DNA of 64,000 nucleotides from Eledone cirrhosa (Eukaryota). The stretch lies in the NCBI GenBank assembly GCA_964016885.1, contig OZ024742.1:329220001-329284000 (forward strand). Direction: 5' to 3'. This document shows, one piece after another, positions 53,918-64,000 of this stretch (positions are counted from its first letter, which is position 1; each line of letters begins with the position of its first letter). A model generated the notes under the pieces. The model saw only the letters and a list, made by a program, of their open reading frames with translations. It had not been told where the DNA came from and ran no database searches. The translations under genes were made by a program, and so were the position numbers.

Positions 53918-53918
<1 letters not shown>
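51524..53918 (-). mobile_element. R4/Dong-like family 2, 5'-truncated, young
   Basis: Flanked by (TAA)n at 51504-51523 and 53919-53980. 3' UTR at 51524-51663 differs from that of family 1. Confidence 0.92.
51664..53916 (-). CDS. RT + CCHC + PD-(D/E)xK endonuclease frame (5'-truncated)
   Basis: The 684-aa ORF extends upstream without a stop to KSPGKDKIQNFW at 53916. Motifs: [68 protein letters not shown]. Confidence 0.85.
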   Translation of the reverse strand, partial: KSPGKDKIQNFWINAFTESQELLAQLYNEIVKEPEKIPSWLVNGITFLLPKNDETNNPKNYRPITCLTTMYKILTSVLTEYTYDHLITNDLFPIEQKGCKRGSYGCKDQLLVNKMILEDCHNRHKMLSIAWIDYKKAFDSLPHSWIEKCLEIFKISPVVRRFLSFSMRTWRTTLLLNSETKSLEAGEVNINCGIFQGDSLSPLLFCIALIPLSKMLNETKHGYRVYDKTINHLFYMDDLKLFAKNDEQLQGLLSTVKQFSHDIKMEFGLDKCAKATFTRGKLLKSSDINLDRGNVIRELDQEKTYTYLGVCEGDGIKHSTMRERIRKECYRRVRAILRTELNARNRIDAINTLAIPVVTYSYNVINRSSTEIRRLDTKIRKFLTMHRMHHPKADIDRIYLPRKEGGRGLIQLDIALKTATIVLSTYLRESHDWMIKLVLKHESTKRSYSITKDAQRYSNGLQISEVPFTAEMENTEKAKQVKVTAKKELLQKLAKKWQEKPLYGKYPERANNPDVDKTLTHQWLASSGLKSETEGLIISAQDQCLPTKNYQANIIKNGCSPLCRVCKKQPETIDHIISMCSPIAPTEYLNRHDRAAQYIHWIMCKHFDLPHQKNWWEHQSPPILEKDHISILWNFSIQTDRKIDANRPDIILKDFQRRVCLLIDMSAPIDKNVSIKTFEKLSKYKDLEIEIGKMWKLRTKTIPVVVGALGMIPKGSNDYLSQIPGNPRIGEIQQIVLMGTAHILRKILSI

Positions 53919-53980
<62 letters not shown>

Positions 53981-53981
<1 letters not shown>

Positions 53982-55489
53982 TTTCTTTGAGTCTCAGTGA
54001 TTGATGTTATTTAACTGGAAAGTTTGTTGAAATGAATATCAAGCCGCTACCTGCAGCCTCATATATTCAGGACGTATCGGAGGTTTCTTGCTGTTCCCAG
54101 CAAGCATGCCTTTTGAAGTGTTCCAAAAAGCGGGGCTGGACACATTTTCTTTAAACATCCTTGATAACTCTTTGGGATAGAAACTAGTGTAGCTATGACA
54201 ATCGGGACGACTCTGACTTCATGGCAGTTACAAATCCTTTTTACCTCCCACTTTAAGTCTAGGTATCGGTGAATTTTCTCCCTCTCCTTTTCTTGCACTC
54301 TTGTGTCAAATGAGCAGGCTACATCTACAATCAGGCACGATCTTTTTTCCTTGTCCAAAACCACCAGGTCAGGCCTATTGTGTTCCAGTTTCTTGTCCGT
54401 CTGTATCCTAAAATCCCATAGCACCTTCACATGATCGTTTTTCTATCATCGCCTCTGGCTTATGCTCATACCACTTCTCAGAATGTGGTAAATTGTTTAC
54501 TTTGGGTAGGTGCCAGTGGATCACCCTGCCCATCACATCATGTCTCCAGCCTTTATAGTGAGTGTGGGCTAGGTGTTTACACTCGGATACGATGTGAGCC
54601 GCAGTCTCCCCTCTCTCTCCACAGATCCGACTCATTGGGCTAGCCTCCTCTTGTAAATATGGTGTTTCACTCACTTCGTTCTGAGGGCTTGCTCTTGCGT
54701 AGCCATTAGCATTCCTTCTGTAGCCTTATTAAGGTCTCATCTTTTTAACCAGTTCCATGTCTGCGGATCTCTAAATTCAGTTTTCTTAATGAAGGTACTA
54801 TGAAGGGATTTTTCATGAAGCTTGCTCTTCCTCGTTGTTGCTATTTCCTCCTTGGACATCTTCTGGTCTTTTGTCCTCTACTTCAGTACAATTTTGAGCA
54901 TTGACTCTCTACTGTCAGTAACGTATTTGTGCAGGTTGTTTTTCTCCATCTGAATACAGTCCTCTATGCTGATAAGACCTCTTCCACCATCAGATCTCTT
55001 TAAGTAGAGTCTATCGACATCACCCCTCTTGTGGAACATGTTGTAGATAGTCAATAGCTTCCTAGTCTTCCTATCCATTTTTTTTGTTCAGCAACATTCC
55101 ATTTCAGAATTCCCGCACTGTACCTAATAATAGACACAGCTCGGGAATTCACTCCACTTACGACATTGCTACTATTTAGATGTGATTTTAGTACGCTCCT
55201 TACTCTTCGAATGTACTCAGATCTTATCGATGCCTTCATTTTCTTGTTATTGGTGACATTTAACTCCAGAACATTGCTTCTGCTCAATTTACCCCTCTTC
55301 ATCACTAGGACTCCACACTTATTAATACCAAATTCCATACATATATCATTGCTGAAAATACGGACAGTGTCAACAAGTACATCCATCTCCTCATTCTTCC
55401 CAACGAGTTTAAAATCGTCCACGAAGAGGAGGTGGTTGATGGTAAGCTCTACTTTTCCCAACTTGTATCCTGCTCTCACTTTTCGCAGT
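53981..55489 (-). mobile_element. R4/Dong-like family 1 copy 3 (5'-truncated)
   Basis: LLFVDDFKL, RICGERGETAAHIVSEC, RPDLVVLD. Same 3' UTR as copies 1 and 2; (TAA)n on both sides. Confidence 0.9.
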
Positions 55490-55555
55490 TATTATTATTA
55501 TTATTATTAATATATATATATATGTGTGTGTGTTTGTCTGTGTGTGTATGTGTGT

Positions 55556-55671
<116 letters not shown>

Positions 55672-56319
55672 ATATATATATATATATAAATAAATATATA
55701 TATAAACAAGCATATAAAATGATGGTATAAAAAAATACAGCAAATAACAGTATGCTAATTATGTTTCGTGGCATGATAATAAGTTCGTTGGAATTAACTG
55801 TTATTCCAGCCTTTGTATTTGTTCTTGTCTGACATATTACATTTGGGAAGAGAATGCAAAACAGAACCTATTCTCTGGAGTGTATGTATAAATCTTATGA
55901 AGGCCTCCTCATTCACATACTCAGACACTCCCAGATAGAAGCACGTTCTCGTTCTGAGGAAAATATACAGATATACTTCTCAATCTATCTCTTGTTATAC
56001 AACCTAGATCCTTACAGAGGCATTCTGGATAAAAATAATATTTAGGCTAGAATTATATTCCATGGTTTGATTGAACTCTCTATAATCAAATAGGGTAAAT
56101 TAATCGCATAATTTGCGCACTCTTGTACAAGTTATGCACCAATTTTCCCAAATATAATTTCAACTTACTGACTTATTAGCTTATACACCTAGTTTTAGAC
56201 ATTTCCTACTATGACATCGGTAGGGACATTACTAAATCTGCTTACCCATCCACGCTTAATTATGTGACAAATCGTATCCCAATAAAACACCCTTTGTCAT
56301 TTGCGATATTTTCAGGGCG

Positions 56320-56983
56320 CTGCTATACAGCTTGATAAGCAAATGAAATTAATCATGTCATTTACACAGACGAGAAAACTATATATTCTCGCCTGTTTTC
56401 GAAGTCCAGCAGTTGCAAGAGCGGGAGGAATCGTGCTGAATGGGACCAGTTCAGTTCGAAATGCACAGACGATTTCCCTTTGGCTTCTGCTGGCGACCAC
56501 GAGGTGGCGATAGCTGCCGGTGTTTTGGCATAGCTACGGCTTTCTAAATGTTTATTTATAAACATACCGTATTCCTTTAGAAATAGGAAATTCCAATGCA
56601 TATCTGTATACACCTTTGCTTGAAGCTAAATTCTAGTTCTATTTAATATAAGTTGAGCCAAGTTATACAGCTTCATAAGCAAATAAGATTAATCACCCAA
56701 TTTATACAAAAGAGAAAAATGTATATTCTAGCCTGCTTTCTAAGTCCAGCAGTTACAAGTGCGGGAGGGATGGTCCTGATGTGAAGCAGTTCAGTTCGAA
56801 ATGAATCGGCGATTCTCCCCCCTCACTGCTGCTGGACGCCACCAGGTGGCGATAAGTGCGGGTGCTTTTTCATAGCTACGGCTTTCTAAATGTTTATTTA
56901 TAAACATACCGTATTTCTTTAAAAATTCCAAATTCCAATACACATGTGTATACCGCTATGCTCCACGCTAAATTCTATTTATA

Positions 56984-56988
<5 letters not shown>
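56320..56988 (+). mobile_element. Retrozyme-like head-to-tail dimer, 340-bp monomers, each with a degenerate hammerhead
   Basis: Motifs at 56427-56477 and 56767-56815, exactly 340 bp apart. Deduced consensus GGAATCGTC-CTGATGN-G(G/A)AC(CAGTTCA)GTTC-GAAA-TGCA-TC-GACGATT. Ends in (TA)n. Confidence 0.7.
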
Positions 56989-57040
<52 letters not shown>

Positions 57041-57045
<5 letters not shown>

Positions 57046-57590
57046 ATACTTTGAGAGGGTCATGTTGCCAATAAGAAACACACGCACCAGTTACTTTCAC
57101 TCCAATTTATTATAAATTAAATTTATAAATTTAAGAATTAATAAATTTCCGGTTGGTTGGTTGGTTCCACAACCGGACGGTTGTTCATATATAGTCAAAG
57201 TTCTTTCGTCACACATTATGTGACCTCTTAGGTGACTGGGGATTTTTCTGTTTGTTTTGTGCCTCTCCTTTGTTCTGTCCTACGCCATTTGGTTTTTGGG
57301 TAAGATGGCGTAGGACAGAACAAAGGAGAGGCACAACACATAGAGAAAAATCCCCAGTCACTGAAGAGGTTACATAATGTGTGACGAAAGAACTTTGACA
57401 ATATATGAACAACCGTCCGGTTGTGGAACCAACCAACCGGAAATTTAAAAATTTAATTTATAATAAATTGGAGTGAATCAAACGGTGCGTGTGTTTCTTA
57501 TTCGCAACATGACCCTCCCAAAGTATAACAATATCGGTTTCAAAACATGTTTTCAGATAAAAATCTTGCTAAACAAATTCAGAAACGAAA
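57041..57590. mobile_element. Fold-back copy of the family A pLTR in (TA)n
   Basis: About 250-bp arms (57041-57289/57304-57531). Right arm matches 5883-6193 and ends at the same GAAACGAAA|TATA. Confidence 0.85.
57357..57399 (+). ncRNA. Minimal type I hammerhead, family A copy 2
   Basis: GTCA-CTGAAGA-G-GTTACA(TAATG)TGTGAC-GAAA-GAAC-TT-TGAC. The mirror copy at 57194-57236 (-) has a mutated core. Confidence 0.75.
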
Positions 57591-57608
57591 TATATATATA
57601 TATATACG

Positions 57609-57693
<85 letters not shown>

Positions 57694-58015
57694 TTAGAAA
57701 CGTTGAAATATAAGAAGTTGTGAATGTGAGAGAAACATAAATTCTTGAAGAGGGAAAAAATTGTGCCCCTTTAGTATAACAGAAAATGTTTTAGACATCC
57801 CTTTAGTGTAAATGGTAAGCACGACTTGACGGTAAATTGTTGGTGCGAGTTCACGTCACACAGTCGGTGCTTTACAATTTTTTTTCCCACCATGAAGCGA
57901 TTATATGCCCACCATATAATACTATAATTCATAGTCAAACAACGTTAATGTTTTTTTTCAAATATACATAGGCTGCGTCCATTTATTCTATTCGAAATGC
58001 TTCGTCTCTTATATA

Positions 58016-58069
<54 letters not shown>

Positions 58070-58198
58070 TGTAATAAACAACATAAGGCAATTATTTTAT
58101 TTACCAGTGGTTTCTTAAAAGCAAAAAATGTTGCTTTCAATCATCAGAATGAAAAAAACCTACATAGAGCACTTTTTTTTCCTGGACTTTTCCAACTT

Positions 58199-58290
<92 letters not shown>

Positions 58291-58313
58291 CGATATTAAC
58301 AAATGGAAACTAT

Positions 58314-58420
58314 ATTTATAAAACCATATTTATTTCATTATACATATTTCAAGGACACCAAGTTAAATTATGGTGTGCTTTCATCAGATAAAATATAATA
58401 TAGAGCAGTTTTATAAATAA
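58314..58420 (-). ncRNA. Hammerhead-like motif, family D copy 2
   Basis: Minus: TTTTAT-CTGATGA-AAGCACACCA(TAATTTAACT)TGGTGTCCTT-GAAA-TATG-TA-TAATG. Confidence 0.65.
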
Positions 58421-58551
58421 ATATTGACATACCCTTAAAGAATGCAACCATTACTGTTGGAAGCTCCCGGATAGTGGAGTTATATCATTAATTATACTAT
58501 TAGGTATGTTAGTATTTGATATTTTTTAAATAAGCTGTTGGGTTACGGAGA

Positions 58552-58601
<50 letters not shown>

Positions 58602-59924
58602 AGAACAACAGAGAGTAAAAAACGAGAGAGAGAGGAGAAAGAGAAAGGAGAGCGAGAGCGAAAACACTAACTCATATCTTGTTGAGTTATCTTAAACATT
58701 TGAGAGGAAATGTTAATAATCATGAATTTAAGATACATATATAATATGAGAAATTTAACCATTGTTTAAATATGATTAAATGTTTAGTTAATCAGTTAAA
58801 ATATTGAGATCAATACATTAAAAATTGATATCTATATATTAAGAAATCTATATATTATTATTAAGATTATATTATTAAAAATATATATATTATATAACAC
58901 ACATACACACGCAAAAATACATACATATAAATATATATACACACGTATAAAAATATATATACATATCTAACTACATATATAATATATACACATAAAATAT
59001 AAAGGATTTTTTAATTTAAGATATAGGAATCTTATAAAATCAGAGAAAATCATTTCAATGTAAAATCAAAGCAGCATGAAGGAAAATTACGTTATTTAGT
59101 TATATAAATGTTACAATTGTTAAGATATTAAAGGAAATTTTATGTAATACACACTTTATGTTATTAAACAATTTTTTTTTATATAAGTTTTATAAAATTA
59201 CCTGTTATGTAGTTAAGACTGTTATTAAGTGCAATCGAATTGTATGCATATACACATATATATACATACACAATTCCCACATATACATACATATATGTGT
59301 GTACCCACACAAATAGGTAGATATGCATCACATATATATATACATACAGATAACATACACACATAAAACATATGTACATGTATATCAATACACACATACA
59401 TATATATATACACACATATATAGAGAGAAAAGTATATATAAATACAGTACATAGTATAATTGAAGTACATAAAATACAAAATAATTATATTACGATTTGG
59501 AAATATAATTATAAGCAATATAACTTTAAAACAATATAACTTTAAAAATATTATAGAATATTTCAAGTTATAATTTCAAAATAATAATATGCTTAATAAA
59601 TTTAGTATGAAAATGTTCTACGTATATTTAACTTAATTTTATAACCATAAGAGAAAGAATAAGAAACTTTCAAAAGATAAACTTTCGAAAATAGGAGAAA
59701 CTATCAAAAAATATTCTCCCCTTTTAAGAGCTTTCAGTATATTTATCTAGAAGAGTTTATTATATTTACTTATATTTAGGAAGAACAGATTTTTTTTACT
59801 TGAGTGTATAAGCAGTCAAAAAATGAAGGAATCTAATGATTTATCGATAGGTTCAATATATTAATAGAATTAATTAATTAATTATATTACATTTTAAATT
59901 TATATTTAAACGTTGAGTTCAATC

Positions 59925-60590
59925 TATGTCTACAGCAACTAAAATATTGTTCCTTAGGTTCAGGGAATTTTTGGTCTTTAATATAAAGAATATTTCCTCT
60001 ATACAAAGATCACAATTTTCCGAAGAGGAGTTAAAAGGAGTGGCTTTGAAATAATATTCCAAATCAACGAATATTCAAGGCTCTTTAGTTTGAGGTCCCA
60101 TAATAAGCTAGATGGAGAAGTTGAAGATTTTTTGTTTGGATCTGTAAAATAATTTTCATGATTATTGAAGCGGGATTTAAACTCTGTGGAAGTGGATCCC
60201 ACATAATTAAATGAATTTAAATTAGTTTTTACATTATTATATTTTTAGCTAAGCAATTGTTATTTAACGGACAGTTAGATTTATTTCTACAGTTACATTT
60301 ATCAAATTGGATATTACTTGGGTTATTATTCGTATTTTGGTTAGGTTTTAAATTTCTTTTATTAATTTTATTAATATTTTGCGCTAAGTTTTTGGTGGAA
60401 GAATAAGTTAATTTTATAGTATGTCCATTAAAGATTGAATAATATCTATGTGTTCTAGGGAAGCATTTTTCAAGAGCTTTAAAAAATAGTTTAGCAATAG
60501 GTGTTTTAATATTTAATGAGAAAGGAGGAGCGAACCATAATATGTTCCTAGTTCTATTTCTTTTCCGGCTTTCGGAATTAATGTAAGTTT
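59925..60590 (-). mobile_element. Penelope-like (Neptune-type) RT-thumb/Zn-linker/GIY-YIG fragment
   Basis: Minus strand reads RNILWFAPPFS.., CNCRNKSNCPLNNNCL, YVGSTSTEFKSRFNNH, LWDLK..WNII, CDLC..E. Frameshifted. Confidence 0.85.
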
Positions 60591-60702
60591 TCTATTATTG
60601 TTGTTAAAATTGTTAAAATAGTTAAAATTGTTACGATTATGGTTAGTTGTTATATTATTATTATTATCAATGTATTTAATTTTATTTCTATACCCAGATC
60701 TA

Positions 60703-60756
<54 letters not shown>

Positions 60757-60762
<6 letters not shown>

Positions 60763-61249
60763 TAAACTGCGATTCTGTTTTTCTCTCTCTCTCTCTTACT
60801 GCTCCCTCGTTCTCTCTGTTTCTCTTACTTTCTTTCGTCCCCTCTGTCATGTCAGTTAACACTTTCTCTCTACTGACCTCTTCCTCGCACTTCCACTCAC
60901 TCACTGTTTCTCCCCTTCTCACTTCTCCCCGTTCGCGACGAAAACGATTTTCCTTCTTTCTTACATCGGATTCATCTCGAAAGGTCTATTTCTTACTCGC
61001 TCATATATTCACCCAGCTTATACTGATAGAATAACTATGTAGCTTTCCCCTGTGTTGTTTACTTGTCTCACTCGCTTTACGCGTTTTAATTGTCCTAATA
61101 ACTTATTTTAGTTATTATTGCACCAACGTGAGGTATATGATTTTTAATGCAATGAAATACCAATGACCGTTGGCAAATCACTGATGAGGGACTCATTTTA
61201 TAACATGTTATCCATGTACAACCAGCAGTATTCTTCTCCCCATATTTTT

Positions 61250-61254
<5 letters not shown>
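60757..61254 (+). mobile_element. Family C single diverged monomer in (TA)n
   Basis: Collinear with 20419-20900 plus 20366-20418; (TA)n on both sides. Confidence 0.8.
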
Positions 61255-61296
<42 letters not shown>

Positions 61297-61380
61297 CGAT
61301 GGTCGCTGAAAAGTTCATAGGCTGAGCAAGATATTCTCATGAAATGACAAAATGAGGTTTATTTTTAGTCATAATCACTG
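61297..61380. mobile_element. Mariner-like terminal fragment
   Basis: TA|CGATGGTCGCTGAAAAGTTCATAGGCTGA resembles mariner TIRs; no partner TIR seen. Confidence 0.4.
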
Positions 61381-61497
61381 GAAAGCAACAATGCAGAGAT
61401 TAATAACAATAGCTGAAATTATGCAAAATTTCCCATATTTAGGATCATATGATTATTGTCACCCTATAAATCTTTCATCGATCCTCGTATATCTACG

Positions 61498-61543
<46 letters not shown>

Positions 61544-63894
61544 CAAAAAGTCAACGGAAACAACAGAGCACACAGCACATTACAAACACCACATGTGTGA
61601 GACTTTTGTGAGTATTTGAGTGTGTCCTTGTTTCCTGTTTCCCTGTGTAAGAGTGTGTTTATATATGTATCTCACAATTCTATCGTAAATAAGCGAGTGC
61701 TAACGAACTGTAACGAGAAATGCATTCATTCACACTCATAACTCGATGCTAAGGTAGCTGTGACGCAACTTGAAATGCTCACAGAAAAATTGAATGTATT
61801 CTCATGGATTCATGAACATGTAGCCAACTTTGTTGGTGTTATCTCTAATTATGTATAGGCATTCTCATTGTTAAACACTGCTCTGGTTTCAAAGATCAGT
61901 TCTTTCTTTAGTCACTTTTGTGCAAAAATCGAGGGAATGGTAAATAGGCTTTTTCAATGGGAGATTTCATAGATACCAATATAAGTATAGTTGTTGAATT
62001 AGGAATTGAACACACGATGGGTAAAACCTTTGATAATTTATTCAGATTTCGTGAATATTCTCAGTTCATTTATCTGAATCGAACAAACCATTTATTTTTC
62101 TGAACTAATTAGCTCAAACTTACTGGGATTAGGTGGATCTATTACATATCTAATAAAAAAAACATCAACATGATTATGTTGATTTGGAATGTCTGTACTT
62201 TGAGAGACATTTTTAGACGGAAATCTTATGTAAGTAGCATGACATCTCACAGGGTGGTCCGACATATGATTTCACATTCTTTAATTTTTTTCTTACTCTC
62301 TCATGAAATTTAAATATATTCATGTGTTAGTTGTTCAATACCCCATATCAAAACTGCTGAGTAGAACTCCGTAATGTAACTAACTGATATAATAATCATT
62401 TTACGCAGGATCAAGCCATAGCTTATTTTCAATATTTAGACAGGAATGGAAGTGCCACATCGCAGGCCAATATGCAGGGTGAACAACAAAAGTATTTTCC
62501 AACTGAATGGAATCTGGTAAACTCGGTGTAGACATCTAACAATAAAATAACTGCTCCACGTCCCTTTAATTCTAAAATGTAAATTCAGGGATATTTTACT
62601 GATACATGGTATATATTGAGTAAAATAATATACCCTTTATTTTGGCGTGTTTATGTTAAATATTTAAATGTGTATGTTATTTGTAGAACGTTATTTGGCC
62701 ACACAATGATATATTTTTGCCTCAGATTCGTCTGTCCTTACCGATGATGGCTCTCACAAAGCTGTCATTCGTGAGGGAACATTCATGTGTGTGGGTACAC
62801 CAATTCAGAATGCACAACTCTGATGCATCTGGTGTGAACATATATTAGTGCATACAGAGGTTGATATCTATTATCGATTTAGCCCATTCATATATTGTTT
62901 TTTCTAACAATCAGTTTTCTGCTACTTTGTGTATGGGTTTGGCTATGGCTGAGCACCTGCCAACGTGAATATTTGCCAGGATTTCTCATTTGATCTGGGT
63001 TAACATATAACGCTGTTGCGTGTACCTGCTTACACCTCTGGAACTTTAATTTTTGCCTCTCTATCGTCACTCTTCATAATTTTCTAGAATGCATTAAGTT
63101 GTAGAAAACATCTCAGTTGTTCTTCTTTTACTCTCTTCATTACTACCACTTTACTTTGAATAAACAGAGCTTCAATAAATCTCAATAAACTAACTACAAA
63201 ATTAAAAAGGATCTAGTGACATATCTTAAATGTCATATAACGTAGTTTCACTCAACTTTGAAAACTACACCATACAAACATATTTAAATCTTGATCCGTG
63301 AGACGTGACACAGAATTAAGAAAAAAAAAAATAACAATGATCCTGTCTAGTATAAATATCACACAAAGATATCGAAAACAAAAGTTTACATTTGATATTA
63401 TAGTCGTAGATACACTATATCGGAAAGAGTCTGCTCTATACTTCCTGATAAGGGAAATTAAAATCGAATGAGGTCGAATATATCAAAAAGCTTAGTTATA
63501 TATAAAATATATATTAGGCTGTTTCCCACGAATATCTGTATTTTATGCCTTAAATAAATACTAGAAATATACTAGTAACATAGTCATATTTCCTGAGACT
63601 AAAAAAAAATAAGAAAGAAAGAAAAAATAGAAAAAATACTCGTTCGTACGTTAGAAGACCTTTATACAGAACTCTAGTTCTGCGATTGGAAAAAGGTTCC
63701 TTCCGCAAAAAAGCACTAAAACTAAAATAAAGCAAGAATAAGACTATAATAAAAACGGGATCACATAACAACGGTAAATTTGTTGTTAGTGGTGGAGTTA
63801 TGTTTGTTGGTGGTGGCGGTGCTGTTGTGGGGCGGGGGCTATTGGTATTAGGGGTTGTGATGTCAGTAATAGTGTTGTTGATGTTGTTGTTGTG

Positions 63895-64000
63895 ACAACT
63901 TCCTTTGTAAGAGAGATTAAAGTTTGGGTAGTCTGTGTTATTGTCATTAAATATATATTTGAGAATGCTCCACTTCATTTGCAGCGGGCATGAAATTAAA
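63895..64000 (-). mobile_element. Possible Penelope GIY-YIG-linker remnant
   Basis: Minus frame CPLQMK...LSYKGSC weakly resembles CPL..C...YIGS. Confidence 0.25.

Noticed and set aside
56329-56356. TTGATAA-GCAAAT-GAAA-TTAA-TC hammerhead-like word
   Set aside because: No stem I or II pairing and not conserved in the second monomer.
59705-59760. Possible hammerhead downstream of the Neptune-type fragment
   Set aside because: Core too degenerate; expected by chance in AT-rich DNA.

Overview
Very AT-rich, microsatellite-saturated animal genomic DNA. The SINE and repeat profile suggests an octopus or other cephalopod, which is an inference. No host protein-coding gene can be called with confidence, and nearly all listed ORFs are translations of (TA)n, (CA)n, (CAT)n or (CAA)n repeats or fragments of retroelements. 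Recognisable content: four R4/Dong-like RLE retrotransposon copies in (TAA)n tracts, three of them in a tandem array and one with an uninterrupted ~750-codon RT-CCHC-RLE frame; two decayed L1/Tx1 LINEs; a CR1-group LINE; two RTE 3' fragments; Penelope-like GIY-YIG fragments; about 15 tRNA-type SINEs; Helitron-like, MITE and hATm remnants. The most interesting signal is not in the ORF track. At least 8 unrelated families of short non-coding elements sit in (TA)n tracts and carry hammerhead-ribozyme motifs, some intact, some degenerate and two with base-pair covariation. They occur as head-to-tail multimers (340-bp and 496-bp periods), as circularly permuted copies, and as asymmetric fold-back palindromes whose short arm repeatedly ends at an internal TA and merges into the (TA)n. 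This looks like a retrozyme/Penelope-pLTR-type system with a repeatable fold-back integration signature. One family has all hammerhead core words in a non-canonical order.
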